Source: an uncultured Bifidobacteriaceae bacterium
GTDB taxonomy: Bacteria > Verrucomicrobiota > Verrucomicrobiia > Limisphaerales > UBA11358
Length of the DNA stretch: 57,786 bases
Assembly (NCBI GenBank): GCA_964538105.1
Contig: CAZIFP010000001.1
Coordinates: 1 to 57,786, forward strand
Reading direction: 5' to 3'
Position 1 is the stretch's first letter; every line of letters begins with the position of its first letter. Below are positions 43,216-50,971 of this stretch, piece after piece. Under the pieces are notes generated by a model. That model made no database searches, was not told the DNA's origin, and saw only the letters and a list, made by a program, of their open reading frames with translations. The position numbers and the translations under genes were made by a program.

Positions 43216-44481
43216 ATGAATCCCGTCGCCATTGAAGGACATCTCGTGCTGGTTTTGATCCAGTGGATGATTATCATCGCCGCCGCGTGGGGGTTTGGCC
43301 GGCTTGGTAAAAAATTCGGCCAGCCGCTCGCCGTCGGTGAAATCGCGGCAGGCATCGTCCTCGGCCCGTCCGCGCTCGGCCTGATCTGGCCGGCGGACTG
43401 GCCGGTGCTTTTCCCGAAAGAAACGCAGACTTCCATGCAGCTTCTCGGCAAGCTCGGCCTGATTTTTTTATTGTTCCAGGTCGGAATGGAATTTGATTAC
43501 AGCCATCTGCGCTCGAAATCGAAAACCGTCACGGCGGTTTCCGTTCTTGGTATCGCCGCACCGTGCTTGTGCGGCCTAGCCATCGCGCCATGGCTGCACG
43601 CGACGTTTGCGCCGGACACGCCGCACCTGGGCTTTGAACTGTTTCTCTGCATCGCGCTTTCGATTTCCGCACTGCCGATCATGGGCCGGATTCTGCTGGA
43701 GATGAAACTGGAACGCACCGCCATCGGCGCGATGGGCGTCAGCGCGGCGGCCATTGACGATGTCATCGGCTGGGTGCTGCTCGGCGTGGCGACCGCGCTG
43801 GTGACGAGCCAGTTCGACCCCGGACATCTGCTGCTGCAACTGGTGGAGATTTCCGTTTTCTTTCTGGCGCTGCAATTTTTCATAGGCCCTTGGCTGCGGA
43901 AACTGTGGCGTAAAAATATTCCCGCCGCGCATGAAACCGGAATGCCCAACTCCTTTCTCGCGGTGCTACTCATCGGGCTATTCGCGAGCAGCCTCATCAC
44001 GCATTACCTCGGCATCTTCGTGATCTTCGGCGCGTTTTTGTTTGGAACGTGCCTGCATCAGGAACCAGCCTTGGTGAAGGCGTGGCGCGACCGGCTTTCC
44101 GGTTTGGTGCTGGTCGCGTTCGTGCCGGTTTTTTTCACGAACACCGGCTTGAACACCCGGATCGGCTCGCTCCAGTCGCCCGAGGCATGGCTGGCCTGCG
44201 CGCTCGTGCTGGTCGCCGCCGTCGCGGGCAAGCTTGGCGGCTGCTACCTCGGCGCGCGGCTTACCGGTCAGCCGCCGCGCGAAGCCGGCTGCATCGCCGC
44301 GTTGATGAATACCCGCGCACTCATGGCGCTCATCGCCATCAACATCGGCCTTGATCTGGGGCTGCTCACGCCCGCGCTGTTCACCATGCTGGTCATCATG
44401 GCGCTGCTGACCACGGCGATGTGCGGGCCGCTGCTGCGCTGGTGGCTGCCGAAGGATTTGCGAAAACTGGTGCCGGACTGA
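43216..44481 (+). CDS. cation:proton antiporter (CPA2, Kef/NapA-like Na+/H+ exchanger family)
   Basis: A 421-aa polytopic membrane protein. The N-terminal QPLAVGEIAAGIVLGPSALG and the overall pattern are typical of the sodium/hydrogen exchanger family. Confidence 0.88.
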   Translation: MNPVAIEGHLVLVLIQWMIIIAAAWGFGRLGKKFGQPLAVGEIAAGIVLGPSALGLIWPADWPVLFPKETQTSMQLLGKLGLIFLLFQVGMEFDYSHLRSKSKTVTAVSVLGIAAPCLCGLAIAPWLHATFAPDTPHLGFELFLCIALSISALPIMGRILLEMKLERTAIGAMGVSAAAIDDVIGWVLLGVATALVTSQFDPGHLLLQLVEISVFFLALQFFIGPWLRKLWRKNIPAAHETGMPNSFLAVLLIGLFASSLITHYLGIFVIFGAFLFGTCLHQEPALVKAWRDRLSGLVLVAFVPVFFTNTGLNTRIGSLQSPEAWLACALVLVAAVAGKLGGCYLGARLTGQPPREAGCIAALMNTRALMALIAINIGLDLGLLTPALFTMLVIMALLTTAMCGPLLRWWLPKDLRKLVPD

Positions 44482-44503
44482 AGCCCCTGCCCCTGCAAAA
44501 AAT

Positions 44504-44539
44504 AAAACAGCCGGAACAGTTGCCTGTTCCGGCTGTTTT
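44504..44539. terminator. strong rho-independent (bidirectional-looking) terminator
   Basis: A perfect 13-bp GC-rich stem, acagccggaacag / ctgttccggctgt, with loop ttgc. It is flanked by an A-run upstream and a T-run downstream, extendable to 16 bp. It lies 23 nt after the antiporter stop. Confidence 0.75.
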
Positions 44540-44894
44540 GGTGATGAGGGCATTCACATTGTCACCGGCAATGTTTTTAGGACAACCGGGAGGAGTTCAG
44601 CCTGCAGCCACCGACCTCTTCGGTTGTAAGCGATGTCCCCTCCGCCACTATGTGAACCGGCGGCTTAAATCTGCATCCATGGCGGGCGCATCCGCCTGAC
44701 GCCACGGACCAAACCGTTTTTCACCCCGATCATCCGCACAAGCGCCGGACATTTCTGTCTGGCGCCAAACTGGCTTCCGGTCGCCGGCGGTGTTTGGCTT
44801 TTCTTAAGAACCACCGCCAGCAGGCCCAAAAGCCCGTCCCCACAATAAAATGAAAGGGGTGAAAAAATTATTTCAAAGATTTTTGCCCTGCGGT

Positions 44895-45086
44895 TCAGAC
44901 CGCCATCTGGGAACTTGACTGGGTCCAGTTGCTGGGGCCGGCGGTGCCCACCACATTGGCCTGGGCCATGTAGATTGTGCCCGGCTTCAGGCCGGTGAAC
45001 GTGTAGCTGGACGGCGTGGACTGGGCCGCTTTCACGACCAAGTGTGTCCACAAATTGTGAAGCGCCTTGTCTCGTAACAGGACAAG
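44895..45086 (-). pseudogene. orphan fragment encoding the C-terminal half of a fibronectin type III-like domain
   Basis: My own translation of the minus strand gives LVLLRDKALHNLWTHLVVKAAQSTPSSYTFTGLKPGTIYMAQANVVGTAGPSNWTQSSSQMAV*. SYTFTGLKPGTIY...V.A.N..G.G is FN3-like. An in-frame TAA lies immediately upstream, and there is no ATG or N-terminal half. It is in a different frame from track ORF 44665..45267. Confidence 0.35.
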
Positions 45087-45227
45087 TTACGTTTGGCCGT
45101 CGCGGAGCGACGCGGTGACAATAGCCCGGCATTTCAATGCCGGGTTTCCCGACATCGGTTTGCAGGAGTTCGCGCCTAAGCTTGCCAAGAGGTAAAGGCG
45201 TTTGACTTCCCGGCATCTGTTGGCAAG

Positions 45228-45995
45228 GTGGGTTGGATGAATGAACAACGCGATTTGACGGCGACACCGCTCTCGCCGCACCGGCCGCTCCCGGAGTTTT
45301 ATGCGGCCCCGGAGGCGCGCCAGAACTTTGTCAATGAACTGTTCGACGAGGCCGCGCCGGATTATGACTGGGTGAGCAGCATGATGTCGTTCGGGCGGGA
45401 CCGGATCTATCGCCGGGAAGCCTTGAAGCGGGCCGGGTTGACGGGCGGGATGCGGCTGCTGGACGTGGCGAGCGGCACGGGCCTGATGATCAAGGCCGCG
45501 CTCGAACTCGGCGTGAACCCCGCGAAGGTGACCGGCGTGGATCCCAGCCGGGGCATGCTGGCGGAAAACCGGAAGCGCAATCCGGTGACGTTGCTGGAAG
45601 GCAAGGGGGAAGCCCTGCCCTGCGCGGATGCGGCGTTCGACTTTGTGTGCATGGGTTACGCGCTGCGGCACGTGGAGGATCTGGGCAGGTTGTTTGGTGA
45701 ATTCAAGCGCGTTTTGCGGCCGGGTGGAAAGGTGTTGATCCTGGAAATCACGCGGCCCACGAATCCGGTGGCGCTGCCCTTGATCCGTTTCTACATGCAA
45801 CAACTGGTGCCGCGCATCGGCTGGTTGCGTCGGCGGAACAAATCCACGGTGAAGCTGATGCAGTATTACTGGGCCACGATCCAGGAATGTGTGCCGCCGA
45901 ATGTGATCGTCACCGCGCTGGCGGACAGCGGTTTCAAGAACGTCAAACGCACCGTCAGCAACGGGATTTTGAGCGAGTATGTCGCCCAGCGGTGA
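45228..45995 (+). CDS. class I SAM-dependent methyltransferase, UbiE/MenG-like
   Basis: FDEAAPDYDWVSSMMSFGRDRIYRRE plus motif I LLDVASGTGL, and RVLRPGGKVLILE, match the UbiE/COQ5 family pattern. The start may be 45237. Confidence 0.8.
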   Translation: MGWMNEQRDLTATPLSPHRPLPEFYAAPEARQNFVNELFDEAAPDYDWVSSMMSFGRDRIYRREALKRAGLTGGMRLLDVASGTGLMIKAALELGVNPAKVTGVDPSRGMLAENRKRNPVTLLEGKGEALPCADAAFDFVCMGYALRHVEDLGRLFGEFKRVLRPGGKVLILEITRPTNPVALPLIRFYMQQLVPRIGWLRRRNKSTVKLMQYYWATIQECVPPNVIVTALADSGFKNVKRTVSNGILSEYVAQR

Positions 45996-46051
45996 ATTGA
46001 CGAACCCCGGGAATCTCCGGTCGGATGGTCGAGGGGGAAGAAACGGCGGCG

Positions 46052-46486
46052 TTAGTTTCCGCTGAGCGTCAATTCCGCCGTCAGCACAATAATCTCCGCG
46101 CCGACGCGGGCGGTGGCCTGTGCCTGAACCAAAGTGCCGAGCCGGCCGGTTATTTTTGCCTCAAGGTGGATGGTTTCACCGGGTTTCGCCGTGCCGTGAA
46201 TTTTCACGGATCGCAGCGCGGTCAGTTTCAAATTACGAAGCGGCGGAATTTTCGGGTCGCTTTGCGCCACGACGCCCGCGAGCTGCGCCGCAGCCTCGAC
46301 GAGCAGCACACCGGGAAAAATCGGTTCATTCGGAAAATGGCCGCGCAAAAACGCCTCGTCCCCGCGGACGGTGTATTCGCCTGCGCCGCTTTCACCGGGG
46401 TTCAAACTCGTCAGCCGGTCAACGAACCGGAATTCCGCGCCATGCGGCAGAAATTGTAGCGCACGTTGCAAATCGTCTGGATTCAT
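46052..46486 (-). CDS. 3-hydroxyacyl-ACP dehydratase (FabZ/FabA-like hotdog fold)
   Basis: FRFVDRL...LRGHFPNEPIFPGVLLVEAAAQLAG contains the catalytic His and downstream Glu context of FabZ. The start is at MNPDDL, overlapping the upstream stop (ATGA 46483-46486). Confidence 0.85.
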   Translation of the reverse strand: MNPDDLQRALQFLPHGAEFRFVDRLTSLNPGESGAGEYTVRGDEAFLRGHFPNEPIFPGVLLVEAAAQLAGVVAQSDPKIPPLRNLKLTALRSVKIHGTAKPGETIHLEAKITGRLGTLVQAQATARVGAEIIVLTAELTLSGN

Positions 46487-47184
46487 CTGGCAAACGGATC
46501 GGTGACTTTGTAATTGGCGGGCGGAGTCCACTCGAATAATTTTTCGTCCAGCACCGGATTCAAGACCGCGTTGCTGAAATCATTCCGCATCCGCGAGCCG
46601 TCCACAAAAACCAGTTCGGTGCTGGCCAGCGAGAAATCATTCGTCGCCAGACCGATGCGCAGTTCCGGCATCATCCGCTGCGCGAAAGTGCTTTTCGGCT
46701 GGAGCGACATTTGCCATGTGGTATTCGTTTCCATGAGCGACAAAATCTGAAACTGCGCGTCAAATTCCTTCCGGTCGCGCGGAAAACCGGCCTGCAACAG
46801 CGACATCGTATCGCGCCATTCGGTGGGCGTGCCGGCCCCAAGCGGATAGCGCTCGGCGCGTTTCAAACGCGGATAAATCACGAACATCTCGTCGCCATGC
46901 CGGAGCGCGATGGTCTGTGCCGGCTGGCCGAGTTCCCAGCGAAAGTCGTTCGGCATGGCGAAGGCGATGTGGCCTTTGGCGGTGAGCGGCTGGGTCAGAG
47001 TTTTCAACGCGCGGGTCTGGACAAAATCAGCGGACCAGGTGTGGAGGTTTTTTTGCGCGGCGAACCAGGCGTCGAGAACGGTGTTGGTGTCGGCCGCACC
47101 GGCAATGAAAAATGAAAAATGAAAAATGAAAAATGCCGCTGCCAGTTGTGTCGATTTTTTAATTTTGAATTTTGAATTTTTCAT
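46483..47184 (-). CDS. LolA-like outer-membrane lipoprotein carrier family protein
   Basis: The signal peptide is MKNSKFKIKKSTQLAAAFFIFHFSFFIAGAAD. The mature part (WFAAQKNLHTWSADFVQTRALKTLTQPLTAKGHIAFAMPNDFRWELGQP...) follows the LolA/LolA-like pattern seen in aryl-polyene clusters. The start overlaps the upstream stop (ATGA 47181-47184). Confidence 0.72.
   Translation of the reverse strand: MKNSKFKIKKSTQLAAAFFIFHFSFFIAGAADTNTVLDAWFAAQKNLHTWSADFVQTRALKTLTQPLTAKGHIAFAMPNDFRWELGQPAQTIALRHGDEMFVIYPRLKRAERYPLGAGTPTEWRDTMSLLQAGFPRDRKEFDAQFQILSLMETNTTWQMSLQPKSTFAQRMMPELRIGLATNDFSLASTELVFVDGSRMRNDFSNAVLNPVLDEKLFEWTPPANYKVTDPFAR
47105..47181. repeat. two AT-rich heptanucleotide tandem repeats inside the signal-peptide coding region of the LolA-like gene
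   Basis: Read directly: (atgaaaa)x4 + atg at 47105-47135, and (aattttg)x2 + aattttt at 47161-47181. On the coding strand TTTTCAT x4 encodes FFIFHFSFFI. Confidence 0.85.
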
Positions 47185-50100
47185 TTCTGCTGTTGCTCCG
47201 GCCAGACCGGGACGAAGTGAAACCAGTGCGCCAGATGCTGCCGGATGGCCGGCTCGAACGCACGCAGGATTTCCTGGGTCAACTGGATGCGGGCCGCCCG
47301 GTTGCCGATCGTGGCGCGGTCGTAGGGAATCTCCGGCAAAATCCGGGCGAGATGACCGCCGCCCTGGCGCACAATGTAAACCGGAACAATGGCACAACCC
47401 GAGGCGCGGGCGAGTTCGGCGGCGGCGATTGAAGCCGGAAACGGACGGCCAAACAGATCCACGTTCACCGCCGTCGGCGCGGGCGGACGATCCACCAGCA
47501 ATGCCACCGTGGCCCCGGCCTGCAGGCGCTTGATGATTTCAATGAAGGCAAAGGCGTCTTCGCCGACGACCAGGGTTTCAACACCCCGCAATGATCGGGA
47601 ACGCTGGCGCAGTTCAGTCATCTTTTGATCCGGCTCGGGCTGCGTGAGCACGAGCAGTTTGTAACCGTGTTCGACGAGAAACGCGCCTCCGAATTCCCAG
47701 TTCCCAAGATGCGGCGTGACCAGCAGCACACCCCTGCCGCGCGCATGAGCGGCGGCGAAATGTTCCCAGCCGTTCCACTCGCCCAGCCAGCTTTCAAACG
47801 CCACACCGCTTTCGTAACGCCAGAGGTCGGTGATTTTAAGAAAAAATTCCGTGATCAATTCCCGGCCAACACGGGCGGCTTGCGGACGGTCGCCGTTCAA
47901 AGCGGGCAGAAGGTTTTGAATCACGATTTCGCGCCGATGCGCCGCCAGCCGCCAGTAGATCGCGGCCAGCATCCGGGCAAAGAACCCGAAAACCGGCGCA
48001 GGAATGTAGCGTCCGAGCGTCAAACCGGCCCGCCAGATGAACGTGCTGTAGAATTGCGACGGCTCGGAAATTTTTGCGGACGCAGTTTTCAAGTTCTTCT
48101 CGCCAACAATAAATTTCCACCATACCGGCAATAGAAAAACCGAGAGCAGCATGTTGCAACCGATGCCGATGGCGCAGACCCGGCCGAGGCTGGACATGCC
48201 TATGTTGCTCGATAGGCCGAGCGTGCCGAAACCGGCGATCGCCGTCCCGCCGCAAAGCAGCAGCGCGCGTCCGACCGATTGATGGGCCAGTTTCAAATCG
48301 CCGCCATGCCGGCGCAGCGCTAGCTGCATGAAAATGCTGTAATCCACGCCCGTGCCGAGAATCAGCGGTAGCGCCATGAGGTTGAGCAGATTCCACGACC
48401 AGCTGAAAATCTTCATCACTGCCAGCAGGCAGAGGCCGCTCAAAAGCAAAATTCCGACGCTGAAAAAAACTTCCGCGAACCGCCGGAACGCCAGCCAGAG
48501 TGAAAACAGGATCAGTCCGACCATCGGCAGCAGGACTTTCCAGAGATTGTTTTTGACGGCGGCCAGAACAGTTCCGCCGAGCAAATCCCAGCCTGAAAGC
48601 CAGACTCCATCGTGCGGCAGTTGCTCATCCAGCCGGGCAAACGCGGTCGTCGTTGCGTTCGTCGATGGATAAAGGAAACCCACGGCATAAAAGTTTTGCG
48701 GCTCGCGGACAGACAGCTTTTCAAAAATCCAAGTGCAGAGCGGATTCGTCGGCCAGAAAACATTCGTGGTCGCGGCGGCGCGCTGCCAGGTTTCCAAAAT
48801 GCTCCCGGTCAGTCCAAGCGCAGTTTCGGAAAAGCTATTGGTCAAGGCGGCGGCGCGAAACAGATCCAGTTCAGCGGCAAGCTGCCGGGCACTCGCACGA
48901 TTGGCGGCTTGAAACTCCGGTCGCGGCCAGAGCGCACTGGGCAGCGTTAAGCCGGAAAGCGTCTGGTTGGAGACCGCGGTGTTGAGCGCCGGCAGAACCG
49001 CATCCAACTTTCGCGCCACTTCACTTTCATCACGGCCCGAAATCACCAGCCAGAGCGGCTCGCGCTTTTGGTTCAGGTTTTCCTTGATGGAGTCGAGCGT
49101 CGTGTAGGCCTGACTGTCGCGCGGGCGCAGGGCGTTGGCGGTGGGATCCATTTTTGGCAGGCCGGACATCAATATCACGGCGCAGAGCAAAATTATAAGC
49201 GCCGTGACCGTGAAGACAAATTTTGCACGGAGCGGGTTTAGCAAAGACGGAGAATCAACCGCGCTTTTGGATTCTACACGTTTCGCTTGAGCCCGCATTC
49301 GTTGCGGAAACAACGGCGGAAGAAACGCAAAAATCATCACGCAGGCCGAAATGGCGACGCCAATGCCGACAAGCGAGCCGAGTTGGGCGAGACCCGGCAG
49401 TCCGCCAAAGTTCAAAACAAGAAAGGCGGAAATCGTGGTAAACGCCGCCCAGAAAATGCTCGGGGCGATCGCGCGGCGGATTTCCGGGATGGATAGTTCC
49501 GGCTGCGCGAGCGCCTCCTGATAATGCACGACGGCGTAATCCACCGCGAGCCCAAGCAGGATTGCCGCGAAGCCCATGCTGATGACGTTGACCGCGCCGA
49601 AGATCAGGCCGCCGAGCGCGAGCGACGTCGCCAGAATCAGGGCCAGTAGCGTCAGCAGCCAGAGCATCGGCTTGATCCGCCGGTGGGCGCACCAAAATAG
49701 AATCGCGATAATCGAGGCCGTGCCACCGACGGACAATTTCATGTCGTGCTGCATGCTGCCGGAAATTTCCGCCGTGAATGCCGGCCGGCCGGTATAACCA
49801 ATTGTTATCTTTGCATCGGACGGCGACTTGTTGATGACGCTTTTTATGGCATTGAACCATGCCGTGCATTCGCGGTAACCATTCAGTTCACCTCGCGCCT
49901 TGACGAAAATGATCCGGAACGTGCCGTCGGCAGAGGCGAATAATTCCTGTCCCGACCCGAAACCGGAAACCGTTCCGGCGACATTTTCAGGCAGGCGCGT
50001 CAGGCCAAACGGATCGTAGCTTAACTGCGCGATTTCATTGGGCGAAAGCGTGGTGGCCAATTGGTCTCGCGTGGCCGCGAGCACATTCGCGAGATTCGTT

Positions 50101-50477
50101 TCGGAAAGCTGGCCGGCCAGTTGCACAAATTGTTCCGGCGGTTGATTCAGCCAGAGATACGCGATGAGTTCGGCGGTCTGTTCGGGATGCTCCTGCCACG
50201 GCGGCTGCCAGGTGACGGCGGCAACGAGATTGGTCGCTTGCTGCAAGCCTTTGGCGATGGCTTTGGCGGCGTGTTCGGCGGTGTCACGGTCCGGTGCCCG
50301 GACGGTGATGATCAGTTCGCGTGCGTCCGTGAAATGTTGCTGATAAATCTTGAGCCCTTGAACTGCGGGAATGTTTGCGGGTAGCAGGTCGAGCATCTCG
50401 GCATCCAAATGCAGCCGCGCCAGTCCTGCAATGATCGGAACCAGCAGCAGCAACCACCACCAGCGAAACCATTTCAT
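47181..50477 (-). CDS. fusion protein: MMPL/RND-type exporter (N-terminal ~800 aa) + LpxL/HtrB-type lipid A biosynthesis acyltransferase domain (C-terminal ~290 aa)
   Basis: The N-terminal part has two blocks of ~6 TM helices with large loops, typical of MMPL-type 'putative exporter' proteins of aryl-polyene clusters. The C-terminal 290 aa (about 47184-48053) carry HLGNWE (HX4E) and the Lip_A_acyltrans-like pattern. The start is at MKWFRWWWLLLLVP (50477), overlapping the upstream stop. Confidence 0.82.
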   Translation of the reverse strand: MKWFRWWWLLLLVPIIAGLARLHLDAEMLDLLPANIPAVQGLKIYQQHFTDARELIITVRAPDRDTAEHAAKAIAKGLQQATNLVAAVTWQPPWQEHPEQTAELIAYLWLNQPPEQFVQLAGQLSETNLANVLAATRDQLATTLSPNEIAQLSYDPFGLTRLPENVAGTVSGFGSGQELFASADGTFRIIFVKARGELNGYRECTAWFNAIKSVINKSPSDAKITIGYTGRPAFTAEISGSMQHDMKLSVGGTASIIAILFWCAHRRIKPMLWLLTLLALILATSLALGGLIFGAVNVISMGFAAILLGLAVDYAVVHYQEALAQPELSIPEIRRAIAPSIFWAAFTTISAFLVLNFGGLPGLAQLGSLVGIGVAISACVMIFAFLPPLFPQRMRAQAKRVESKSAVDSPSLLNPLRAKFVFTVTALIILLCAVILMSGLPKMDPTANALRPRDSQAYTTLDSIKENLNQKREPLWLVISGRDESEVARKLDAVLPALNTAVSNQTLSGLTLPSALWPRPEFQAANRASARQLAAELDLFRAAALTNSFSETALGLTGSILETWQRAAATTNVFWPTNPLCTWIFEKLSVREPQNFYAVGFLYPSTNATTTAFARLDEQLPHDGVWLSGWDLLGGTVLAAVKNNLWKVLLPMVGLILFSLWLAFRRFAEVFFSVGILLLSGLCLLAVMKIFSWSWNLLNLMALPLILGTGVDYSIFMQLALRRHGGDLKLAHQSVGRALLLCGGTAIAGFGTLGLSSNIGMSSLGRVCAIGIGCNMLLSVFLLPVWWKFIVGEKNLKTASAKISEPSQFYSTFIWRAGLTLGRYIPAPVFGFFARMLAAIYWRLAAHRREIVIQNLLPALNGDRPQAARVGRELITEFFLKITDLWRYESGVAFESWLGEWNGWEHFAAAHARGRGVLLVTPHLGNWEFGGAFLVEHGYKLLVLTQPEPDQKMTELRQRSRSLRGVETLVVGEDAFAFIEIIKRLQAGATVALLVDRPPAPTAVNVDLFGRPFPASIAAAELARASGCAIVPVYIVRQGGGHLARILPEIPYDRATIGNRAARIQLTQEILRAFEPAIRQHLAHWFHFVPVWPEQQQK

Positions 50478-50971
50478 GGGAAAAATTCGCCCTCCAGCGT
50501 TTCGCCCGTGTGTGAATCTTGCAGTCGCCACGAATTGGTTTCAATACGCGTAAATTTCCAACTGCCGCCGAGGTTAGGGTCAAGCAGTGCGTGAGGCAGT
50601 TGAAACCAGCCGAAGCGATTGAGCGGCGTGCCACGGCCGTGCCACGCGTATTGGTCCGCACCGAATTCAATCTGCCATTGGTCGCCGGAAACCTGCGCGG
50701 TCGCCAGCGGAAACGGCATTTTTGAAAACTGGATGAAAAAATTTCCGTTCACATTGGTGGCCAGCAGCAGATCGCCGGCAAGTTCGGGGCGGCTTGACGA
50801 AGGTTTCCAGACGGCCTGGCCCTGCTGGACGCGCCAGCCGGGCGCGGAAAAATCGGCTGGCGGAAACGGCCGGGCTGTGCGGCAGCCCGCGCAAAGAATC
50901 AGCAGCAGCGCGGATAAAATGAGGATGGAACGGTGCACACGAACGATTTCAATTTCGATCGGACGTTTCAA
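50474..50971 (-). CDS. small lipoprotein, possibly DUF3261-like
   Basis: A signal peptide with LILCAGC lipobox-like site is followed by a beta-rich ~140-aa mature part. Its position between halogenase and exporter matches the DUF3261 lipoprotein slot of aryl-polyene clusters (a recollection). The apparent start is TTG, overlapping the upstream TGA (TTGA). Confidence 0.55.
   Translation of the reverse strand: MKRPIEIEIVRVHRSILILSALLLILCAGCRTARPFPPADFSAPGWRVQQGQAVWKPSSSRPELAGDLLLATNVNGNFFIQFSKMPFPLATAQVSGDQWQIEFGADQYAWHGRGTPLNRFGWFQLPHALLDPNLGGSWKFTRIETNSWRLQDSHTGETLEGEFFP

Noticed and set aside
44665-45267. 200-aa minus-strand ORF covering the cluster spacer
   Set aside because: It runs through REP-like hairpins and the 5' end of the UbiE-like gene in antisense. 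The only protein-like signal in the region (FN3 half-domain) is in a different frame and is truncated by an in-frame stop.
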